A stretch of DNA of 63,317 nucleotides, counting the filler, from Chrysochromulina tobinii (taxonomy: Eukaryota): NCBI GenBank assembly GCA_001275005.1. It is 5 parts of 5 records of this genome, joined end to end, with 100 filler letters (N's around TTAATTAATTAA, not from the genome) between each part and the next. Parts side by side here need not be neighbours in the genome. Positions count along the whole stretch, not along the records: positions 20,364 to 39,054 come from JWZX01001360.1; 4 more parts are not named here. One strand, 5' to 3'. The notes below the pieces were generated by a model. That model searched no databases, was not told where the DNA came from, and worked only from the letters and a program-made list of their open reading frames with translations. Made by a program: the position numbers and the translations under genes. Below, piece by piece: positions 22,504 to 32,200 of this stretch (its first letter is position 1; every line of letters starts with the position of its first letter).

Positions 22504-25500
22504 GCGGCGGCGGTGGCGAAGGTAGCAGCAGCAGCAGCAGCAGCAGCAGTAGCGAAGGGTACTGCCGCTATTCGCTACTCGTCGTGCGCCCGTTGGTAGT
22601 GACCCTCAAGAGTCGTCTCCGCATCTGGTGCGATCTCCCTTGATTGCTCTTAATTGGCCTTGATTGGTAATCACTCTGAAGAGTCGTCTCCGCATCTGGT
22701 GCGATCTCCCTTGATTGCTCTTAATTGGCCTTGATTGGTAGTGACTCTCAAGAGTCGTCTCCGCATCTGGTGCGCTGATGGCTACTGATGGCTACTGATG
22801 ACTACTGATGGCGTCCCTCATCGCATGCTGATGCCCGATTGCGTGGACGAACCCGAATCAGCGTCTGATGGCCTCCCTCATTGCATGCTGAGGCCCGATT
22901 GCGCACCTCATCAGGTGGGACTTGCGCGACGGCATCCTCAACGTCGCCTTCCTGCCGCGTGAACCCGTTGGGCAGCCCCGCGCCTCGGCGAGCGCCGTCG
23001 CGGGCGTGGCCGGGGCGGCCGAGATGCCCGCGGACTTTGGCGGCGGAGGTGGCGGCGGCAGTCCGAGCGAAGGCAGCAGCAGTACGTATCGGAGTGCCTT
23101 CCATGGTGGCATGCATGTGCTCACCACGGCGCTATCCCCTCTTCCCCACAGGTACGTATCGGAGTGCCTTCCATGGTGGCGCCGCCTCTCTGCAAGTGCA
23201 GGTGAGGACCTCTGATGGCCTCTGATGATGACTGATGATTGCGTTTGATTATCTCCAACTGATCTTCACTGAGCTACCTTTCTGCGCACAGGCGGCCGTT
23301 CACTTGTGCAACTGCTTGCCCGTTTGCGCCGACGGTCTGATACGCAAGATCCTCGAGTGCGCTCCCGAGATTGCTCCCGAGATTGCCTCCTTGATTGCTT
23401 CCGAGATTGCCTCCTTGATTGCTCCCGAGATTGCCTCCTTGATTGCTCCCGAGATTGCCTCCTTGATTGCTCCCGAGATAGCCTCCTTGATTGCTCCCGA
23501 GATTGCTCCCGAGATTGTTCCCGGATGCCGCCCCGATGTCCGTGGATGGCATGCTGATTGCCCCTCCTCATCAGGTGCGTCTTCGGGGGCTTCAGTGCCG
23601 AGAAGCCGTTACGAGTGCCGTTGATCGTGCCGGTAGCGTTCCGGGTCGCTGAGGACCTCGAAGACGATCACGACTCGCTCGCATCCCTCAATGGCGTGGT
23701 GCGCTGATGGCTACTGATTGGCTACTGATTGCCCTATGATTGCCCTATGATTGCCCTCTGATTGCTCGCGCTCCTCCACGGCGTGGTGCGCTGATGGCTG
23801 GTGGTTCGGGTTGATGATTTGCTGTTGGAGTGCGCTCGGATTGGATTGTGTCTGAGTGCGCCTGATTGCGTCCCTCATCAGGTGCGCGAGGCGACGCGCG
23901 TGCTCCTCGCGTTGACGAACCCGAGCAGGTGGGACTTGATTGCCACTGATGACTACTGATGGCCTCCCTCATTGCACGCTGAGTCCCAATTGCGTTGACG
24001 AACCCGAATCAGCGTCTGATGGCCTCCCTCATTGCATGCTGATGCCCGATTGCGTTGACGAACCCTCATCAGCGTCGACTCCGCCATCCCGAAGGCCGTG
24101 CTCAAGAGGGCCAAGGGGCTCGTGATCATCACGCGCCTCTGCGCCGGCTTCCTGCACGTGGGCGGCGGCTTCGGCTCGGGCATCATGCTGCGCCGGCTGG
24201 ACGAAACTCATTGGTCGGGGCCTGTGAGTGTGAACACCATCAGTCTGAATATGGGGCTGATGATGGGTATGCGGAAGAGCGATACGCTGCTCTGATGACC
24301 TCTAATGACCTCTGATGACCTCTGATGACCTCTGATGGCATCCCTCATCAGGTATGCGGAAGAGCGATACGCTGCTCTGCCTGCTCGATGACGCCGCAAT
24401 CAACGTGAGTGCTGCCCCCCCTGCGGGCATGCTGACTGGCCGGCGATGACCTCAGGCTTGCATGCTGATGGCATGGCGGGCATGCTGACTGGCCGGTGAT
24501 GACCTCAGGCTTGCATGACCGAATGCATGCTGATGGCATGGCCGATTGCATGCCGATTGCATGCTAATGGCATGCGCATGGCACGCTGATGGCCTCCCTC
24601 ATCAGGTGTTCAGCAAAGCGATCGACGGTCTGGGTCAGCTGAAATTAGGGACGCAGGGTGCTATCGCCGCAGGCCCTGTAGGTCGTGATGCGGCCCTCGA
24701 TGGCTACTTCTCCCAGGTGATGACCTCTGATGACCTCTGATTGCCCTCGATGGCTACTTCTCCCAGGTGATGACCTCTGATGACCTCTGATTGCCCTCGA
24801 TGGCTACTTCTCCCAGGTGATGACCTCTGATGATCTCTGATTGCCCTCGATGGCTACTTCTCCCAGGTGATGACCTCTGATGACCTCTGATTGCCCTCGA
24901 TCGTGTGCTCATCTCGCAGGTGATGACCTCTGATGACCTCTGATGACCTCTAATGACCTCTAATGACCTCTGATTACCCTCGATCGTGTGCTCTTATCGC
25001 AGGGCGGCGTCGCCTCCATCTTGTCATACTCGCACTCTCAAGGCGTCTTCGGAGGTGATTGCATTCTAATGACCTCTAATGACCTCTGATTGCACTTGTC
25101 ATACTCGCACTCTCAAGGCGTCTTCGGAGGAACGTCTATCGATGACCTCTAATGACCTCTAATGACCACTCTAATGACCTCTAATGACCACTCTGATGGC
25201 CTCTAATGGCCGCTGATGGCCGCTGATTGCCTCCCTCATCAGGAGCGACTATGGAGGGCGCCGTCCTGTTCGGGCGCCAAGCCGATAATGAGGAGTACTA
25301 TTTTCGCGAGGGCGTCACCGCCAAGGAGATCCTGTAAGGGCTAGGATGATGATGATGATGGCATGCTGATTGCATTCTGATTGCATATTGATGGCGTGTT
25401 GATGTGTTGACGGCGTGTTGATGACATCCCTCATCAGGTACGGGCTGGTCGAGCCCCCAAAGGATGAGGACGCCCTCGCCCTCTATGCTGTTCTCATGGA

Positions 25501-27051
25501 GCTCACCTCACTGAATGCCCCGGAGGACGGCGGGAGCGCGGGCGCTGCTGCCGCCGCCGCCGCCAGCGCCGTCGCCTCCGCCGCCCCCATCACCGCCGCC
25601 GCGAACGCCGCGTCCGCCGCGTCTGAGGCGATGGGGTTACATGTAACGGCCGCGTCTGAGGCGATGGGGTTACATGTAACGGCTCTCGGACGAACCTTGA
25701 GTCGTGGGGTGAGCTCCGGCGCCCTCGCAGCCTCGGATGGCGTGAGCTCGGTGGGGCAGGTGCGATCTCCCTTGATGGCTCTTAATTGGCCTTGATTGCC
25801 CTCGCCGCCTCGGATGGCGTGAGCTCGGTGGGGCAGGTGCGATCTCCGTTGATGGCTCTTAATTGGCCTTGATTGCTCTTGATTATCCTTGATTACCCTC
25901 GCCACCTCGCCTCTCCGATTCCATTGATGGGCTCGCATTGGCTCTGATGAGCCATCAATGGAGTCATTGATTGCTCTTAATTAGCCATTGATGGGCTCGC
26001 ATTGGCTCTGATGAGCCATCAATGGAGTCATTGATTGCTCTTAATTAGCCATTGATGGGCTCGCATTGGCTCTGATGAGCGGCAGGGTGTCCAGACGTTC
26101 GGCGAGGGCGTCGGCCACGGTCTGCGCGTGCTGCATCGAGCTTCCTCTGATGGCGTCTACGCGGTCGGGGAAGGCGTGGGCTCTCTCGGTACAAATATGG
26201 GCATGGGCGTCCATGCGGTCGGTACTAACGTCGGCCAAGGCATGCAGCACGGGGTCCAACCTGATTGCATGCTGATGGCATGCAGCACGGGGTCCAACCT
26301 GATTGCATGCTGATTGCATGCAGCACGGGGTCCAACCTGATTGCATGCTGATGGCATGCAGCACGGGGTCCAACCCGATTGCATGCTGATTGCATGCCGA
26401 GTGCGTGCTGATGGCGTGCCGATGGCATGCTGATGGCCTCCCTCATCAGGCGTGCAGGCGGTCGGCGGAGCCGTAGGCCAAGGTTTCGTCAACGTAGGCC
26501 AAGGCTTCGTCAACGTAGGCCAAGGTTTCGGCGCCGTCGGGCAGGGCTTGCAGGCGGTCGGCGGCGCGGTCGGCCAGGGCTTCGTCAGCGGTTCGTCAAC
26601 GGTGCTGGCGGTTGGCCAGGGCTTCGGAGCTTTCTTTGGCGGAGGCGGAGGCGGAGGCGGAGGAGGAGACTATCGAGGGTCGATGGGGATGGGCGATCGT
26701 ACCGCCTCGTCGTCTTCGCTCTCGGTCGAAGCGCCGATGAGCACTCCTAATTTGGGAGGAGGCACTCCTAATTTGGGAGAAGGCACCCCCCTCCCACCGC
26801 CTCGTCGAGGGATGGGCGAGCGCGCCCCGTCGCTGTCCTCGATGCCCGAGTTGTCCGTCATGTCGATCTCGATGCCCGAGATGTACATCTCGATGCCGGA
26901 GGCGGATCGAGCCGCCTCGCCGACGACCCCATCGCCGATCGAACGTGCCCAGGACGGCGCGCTGAGCCGCCAGTCGTCCGGCGCCCAGGACGGCGCTCTT
27001 AGCCGCCAGTCGTCCGATGGCACTCTCACGTCGGCCATCCATTTATGGTAG
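20675..27051 (+). CDS. Multi-exon gene containing a SYLF/Ysc84 actin- and lipid-binding domain; exon boundaries approximate
   Basis: Spliced exons across ~23882-25510 give VREATRVLLALTNPSSVDSAIPKAVLKRAKGLVIITRLCAGFLHVGGGFGSGIMLRRLDETHWSGP...GLMMGMRKSDTLLCL...LKLGTQGAIAAGPVGRDA...ILSYSHSQGVFGG..MEGAVLFGRQADNEEYY..GVTAKEIL. There are more than 12 repeat-rich introns. Confidence 0.75.
23361..23517 (+). repeat. Intronic 12/24-bp minisatellite (GATTGCTCCCGA / GATTGCCTCCTT)
   Basis: Direct tandem array inside an intron that ends in CCTCATCAG at ~23575. Confidence 0.85.
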
Positions 27052-27376
27052 CCTCGATGCTCTCACACTGTGTCGACCTCTCGCCGAGGGGGCATGTGTG
27101 CGAAGGGAGCTGTGACCCATGGATACGAGTTACTACGGTACAGTACTGTAAGCATGGCTGTACGAGCAGAGGCGCCCGGACCGGCGCGTCGGGGCGCAAA
27201 CTACGGCATGAATGTCGGGTTACGCATGGATGTATGATGTCTCTATGATGACCTCGTTTCTATGAGTGCACTCGTTTCTATGACGATTGATATCATCGTC
27301 TCAAGCGAGCGACTGATCTCCTTAGGTGTGTGAATACACACCGAAAAGGTCGCGCTGCGTCTTGGCCTTCACCGCG

Positions 27377-27904
27377 ATGCTGCGCGCCACTACGCTGCTC
27401 TCGCTCGTGCGCATGGCGCCGGCGCTGCAGCACGGTCACATCGCATCTTTTCGCCATGTACTAGGCGGTGCCCACCCAACCGTGCTGGCGCGCCATGTCT
27501 TGCTGGCTCGCATGATGGCCACCGAGCCGACGCCCGGCGAGACCGTCTCTCTTCCAGGCTACAAGACAACGTACACCATCCTCAAGGCCGGAAACCCCGC
27601 AGGGCCGACGGTGACCAAGGGTTCGGCGGTGACTGTGCATGCGACGGGCGTCGTGGTCGAGACGGGCAAGACGTTTTGGAGCACCAAAGACCCTGGGCAG
27701 CAGCCCTTTTCATACACCGCGGGCGTCGGCATGGTCATCACCGGATGGGATCAGGGATTGCTTGGCATGGCCGTGGGCGAGGAGCGCATGGTCACCATCC
27801 CGGCCGCCGAGGGCTACGGCGCGGGAGGCTTCCCACAGTGGGGCATTCCCGCCGGTGGCACCCTCAAGTTCACCCTCGAGGTGCTCTCAATCAAGTCGAA
27901 GTGA
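27377..27904 (+). CDS. FKBP-type peptidyl-prolyl cis-trans isomerase with N-terminal targeting peptide
   Basis: GSAVTVHATG, FWSTKDPGQQPFSY..G.GMVITGWDQGLLGM.VGE.R..TIP..EGYG..GFP.WGIP...TLKF.LEVL. Confidence 0.93.
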   Translation: MLRATTLLSLVRMAPALQHGHIASFRHVLGGAHPTVLARHVLLARMMATEPTPGETVSLPGYKTTYTILKAGNPAGPTVTKGSAVTVHATGVVVETGKTFWSTKDPGQQPFSYTAGVGMVITGWDQGLLGMAVGEERMVTIPAAEGYGAGGFPQWGIPAGGTLKFTLEVLSIKSK

Positions 27905-28106
27905 ATGCGAAGTCTCTGTGAATGATGTACGTAGTAATAAGTACTCTCAGGCTACCTTTTCATGCCTATTTAGTAGTATTGTTCTGGTCGCAGCGTGGCC
28001 GTCGCACGCGCGGAGATTCAGTAGGCGCGCATGAGCGAGCGCTACGCAAACGAACAAACGCCACGCCAAGAGGACGGACCGCACGGGGTCTTCTTCCGAC
28101 TCGGTC

Positions 28107-28721
28107 TCACCTCTTCCCATTTTTGGGCACGTTCACATGGCCGTATGGGCAGTGCCTACAACCGTGGCCGCAGCACGGGCGAGTCTTGAGCTGGAGCGCT
28201 GTGAAGACCGAGTACCCCGTCGCCGGGTCCACGTACTGCTCGTACCCACGCTCACAGGCTACACGGTGGAGCAGCGACACAGTCGCCTTCTCTTGCCCAT
28301 CCACGAGGTCTTCAATGTCCTCAAAGTCCTCCGCCAGAGCGCTGTCTCGGCGGATCTGCTGAAGCCTCAGTGGCCCGGCTTTCCGCAGAAGTGGCCTTGC
28401 AGGCAGCGCCTCGGACTGCGACGCGACCGCTGCGGTCGCCAAGGCTGAGGATGCCGTGCCGACCGATGGCATGTCTGGCGTGTCCGTGGTTCTCTGGAGA
28501 TTCGCTGGCTGCACGGCGAGCGTTTCGCCGCGGCCGTCGATTTGCACAGCGCAGTACCCGGAGGGATCCCCGGAGGCCTCGTCCCAAGACACCACACGGC
28601 CATTGAGCCCGTTGAGCTCAAAGCTCGAACCGCTGAATCCGTACAGCGTCACCAGCTTACCAACGTACGAGATTGACTCTGACTGTGGCGCTGTTGTAGG
28701 TGGCGGCGCTGCTGGGAGCAT
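28107..28721 (-). CDS. DUF5522/C1orf53-like Cys-rich protein with N-terminal SH3/KOW-like module
   Basis: C-terminal HRVAC..G...YVDPATGYSVFT...L..RPCCGHGCRHCPY. N-terminal GKLVTLYG....ELNGLNGRVVSWD...AVQ.DG....AVQPANL. Likely ATG at 28721. Confidence 0.75.
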   Translation of the reverse strand: MLPAAPPPTTAPQSESISYVGKLVTLYGFSGSSFELNGLNGRVVSWDEASGDPSGYCAVQIDGRGETLAVQPANLQRTTDTPDMPSVGTASSALATAAVASQSEALPARPLLRKAGPLRLQQIRRDSALAEDFEDIEDLVDGQEKATVSLLHRVACERGYEQYVDPATGYSVFTALQLKTRPCCGHGCRHCPYGHVNVPKNGKR

Positions 28722-28839
28722 GAGCGAAGGACGTTTGCGCCGGACGCGGAGACGACGTCGAAGGCGCAGGCGTCGTCGTTGTACATTGGCGATCCAAAAC
28801 AAGACAAGTCAAGTCAAGTCAATCGTTCCTTCAGAACCT

Positions 28840-29110
28840 GTACCGGTAAAAAGACACCGGGGGGAGCCGGGACTCACACGGACACGCGGACGCACAAAGG
28901 CACACGGACCGCACAGACGAACCTCACAACCATCCAAACCCAACACACAACCAGCACGTCAGCGCGACGACCGAAGCCGCGGCCGACTCAAGAGCCGCAG
29001 GCCCGGAGTCGACCGCCCCCCGCGGCCGACTCAGAAGAGGCCACCCCCAGCGAACCCGACCCTGCCTCCACCCGCTCCCAGAGCGCCTCCCCGCGCCTGT
29101 ACCGGTACTG
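28840..29110. mobile_element. Second, right-truncated copy of the MITE-like element
   Basis: Same left TIR (GTACCGGTAAAAAGACACCGGGGGGAGCCGGGAC) and internal GACGAACCTCACAACCATCCAAACCC...CAGCGAACCCGACCCT as 19534-19780, on a different contig. Confidence 0.75.
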
Positions 29111-29253
29111 TACTCACTCTTCTCAGCCACTCCATTCACATTCTCATTGTGAATGGGGGCTCCCGAAACCTTGAGGGGAAAACGATGCGGAGCGTTCACA
29201 CCAATCCAAAACCCCCGCGGCCGTCACGAGCGCGTCACTTCGGTCACTTTGGC

Positions 29254-32200
29254 ATGGAAGCACTGCTTGTAGCGCCGCTCAACCCGGACGAAGGCCAGGC
29301 CAATCCGAACTCGAGCCTCGTCGATTCTGCACGCGCCCTCTGGTTCGGACCCAAGCCCTCGGCCTCCTCAACTCAGATGCGGATGACGTCTGCCAGCGAC
29401 ATCTTCAGGGACGCCACGCTCATCGATGACCCGCGATGGGATGAGAAGGGATTCAATGAATTCAGCGGAATGCATGCGCGATTCGTGAGCCTCGCGTACG
29501 TGAAGGGCATCAAGGACGGGAGATTCACGCCGAGCAGGGGTCGGGCTGATGTGGACGGCGCCCAGTTTCATGATCTGCGCGACGATAAACTGCGTCACGC
29601 TGGCAAGACGCGAGACAAGGTCGGGCTCTTCGCTGTGCTCTCAGCTACGAGCTTCGACTACACAGGCGAGCTCAGCAACGTAGGCGAGGCGATCCGAAAG
29701 GTGGAGGCAGCGGAAATCGTCAAAATCGTCGAGAGCAAAAAAGGAGGCGGCAAAGACGACGACCTCATCATGTGGGACTTTTTGTGCGTCGACAAGGCCG
29801 ACGACGGCGCCAAGCTCGGCATGTATCGCATGTTCACCCACTACCGCGTGCAGACGGTCATCCTCACGAAGCCGCCCGGAGTGCGCCGCTCGGTCTTCGA
29901 GCGGCTCGAGACGATGGCGATGCTTGCGCTCGTCGCCTTTTGCCAGCGCATCGTCAACCACGAGGACGTCAAGGAAGGTCTCGAGCTGGACAAATTGATG
30001 GATCTTCCCAATTTGCTCGCGCCGCTCCAGTCCGACCACAAGACATTTCTCCGGGTCGCCTCTACGCTCGAGGCCGTCATCAAGCATCTCAAGCCAGTTG
30101 CCGAGGATGAGAAGGGCTTCAAAGTCCTTTGCTCCGAGGGCGACATCGCGTGGGTCAAAGCGACCTACCTCAAGGAGCTCCAGCGTGCCATGCCGACCGA
30201 CGGTGGACGCCCATTCCCAAGGCGGCAGGACCTCGATCAGAGCAAGCTGTTCACGGGCGAGCCACCAAAGCGCAAGGCGATCGTCGTCTCGCACGGCTGG
30301 GACACGGCGTTCCACATCAGCCCCTCCGGTGAAAAGCTCGATCTCCTCGTCGATGCGCTCGAGCGAGTCGATGCCATGACGGACGACGATGGCGTCTTCA
30401 TAGACTTTTGCTCGCTACCTCAGGCGGCGCACGCCTCGATGCCCAGCATCTACTTTCAGCACAATGGCATCAAGACGTATGCTGACAAGAGCGCGCTCGA
30501 GAAGAAGCAGTTTAACTTCGCGATGTGGGACATGTCGCGCATGTACGCCTACTCGTATGTGATCGTGCTTCCCAAACCGACCGATATCACCAAGTTCCCG
30601 GGTGACACGAGCGCGCCGCTGCTGGCCAAGGATATGAAGCTGGTACTGGACGGCGAGGACGTCCTCGTAGAGGGCACTGACCCTCGGATTGTCATTCAAT
30701 ATTGTGTCAAGAATGGGAAGGCGAAGACCGACGGCTCGCAGTCCTTTATCCTCGATCGTGACCTGGCCTTTGCCGACAACGTCGAGTTCCCCGTGGGCAG
30801 CTTGAAGGTTGTACTCTCCAACGTGTGCGGATGGGGGCGCGTCAGCCCCCTGCCGTATCAGAATCGTGGCTGGTGCTGCTCGGAGTTTACGATGGCCCTG
30901 TACAATCGGCGCATCCTCAACACGAAGGACGTCGCCCAATTGACCTACATGGACAGCGGCCGCCCGTGGCCCAAGACCGTCGCGGAGTACGATCAGATGA
31001 TGCGATCCGGCGTGGAGTTCACCAAACGCGGTGACGCGGACCTCGTCAAGTTCCTCTTCTTCCGCATGTGCTTTGGGCTGCGTCACTCCTTTTTCCCGTT
31101 CGAGGTGCAGGACACGACGGGCTACGGGCTGCCGAGCGAGGCGGATCTCATGGCTGCGTCACGCGAGGGGCAAGTCGGCACCGGTGTCAATGACCAGTCC
31201 AAGTACTACCTCTACCTGGCCTTACAGCCGCCCGCTGTCCAGCTGGACGGGCGGATCTGGAAGCGGAGCCTCGCACAGAAGCTCCATCGCATGCAGCTGC
31301 TCATGATTGCAAAGGCGCCGCACTGGACGGGGCACGGGCACCACCCCGTAGCCTTCGGGATTGGCGATCGCGAGATGACCGAGAGCGATCTGCGCCGTGG
31401 TGGCATCCACTGCCTGGTGTGGTGCTCGACCGGGTGCGGATGGGAGACGCCAAAGCCTTCCAGCGATCCAAAGTCCCTGAGCATCCCTGGGCTCTGTGAA
31501 GTGCTCACGAGCCTGGAGCCGACCAAGCGGCCCGCCGTCATCTTTGTTGTGATGCCGTACGGTGCGAGGCGTGCTGCAGGCCAGCTAGCTCACGCCCTTG
31601 CAGGCGGCAGCACGCTGGTCGTGTGGATCGCGGAGAACATGCTCGACGAGCAGCGGGCCAACGGCGTCCTCTTTGGCGTGCTCGCTCCGGCTTTGCAGTC
31701 GCTTCATGAGCCTTGGATCAACGGTCTCTCCCGCAGCGAGTTCACATCCGAGGTGCTGCACAAATCGGGGCAGATGGTCTTTGGCTCGCAGTGGGATGCG
31801 GCCGACTGCCTTGACGTGTCGACGACAGTTCCGCAGCTGCGCTGGGCGCCGTCGAGCCTGCCGCAGGACCGCCCGTGGGTGCATAATCTCACCTCGTCGT
31901 TTGAAGGAATGGCACTGCCGAGGGACGGTGCGGTGCAAACTAGGCGGATGATGGGCACAGACGACGACAAGGGCGAGCAGCGTTACCTCGAGGTGCAACT
32001 CATAGTGCGCGAGAATGGCAAGGAGATCGATGTGCCGCAACTGTTTGCGAGGGAGGATGGCCAAACGCCTGAGATTGTCTTTGCTTGGCTGGCAAAGGCA
32101 CTACCCAACGGGGATGCGAAGAACGTGACTGCCCTGTATTCTCACGAGGTCAAGAGGGCTTCCGGTGGTTGGATGAGCACGCTGCAGGTGCGGCTGATGA

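Noticed and set aside
24692..24990. Repeat-spacer-like pattern in SYLF introns as CRISPR-like or C/D snoRNA array
   Set aside because: The apparent spacers are copies of the adjacent exon. The TGATGA/CTGA matches come from the simple repeat and lack terminal stems or guide elements.
28456..29253. N-terminal 266 aa of the 3193-aa track ORF
   Set aside because: It is antisense to the DUF5522-like gene and reads through the MITE; the true start is likely 29254 (or 29185).
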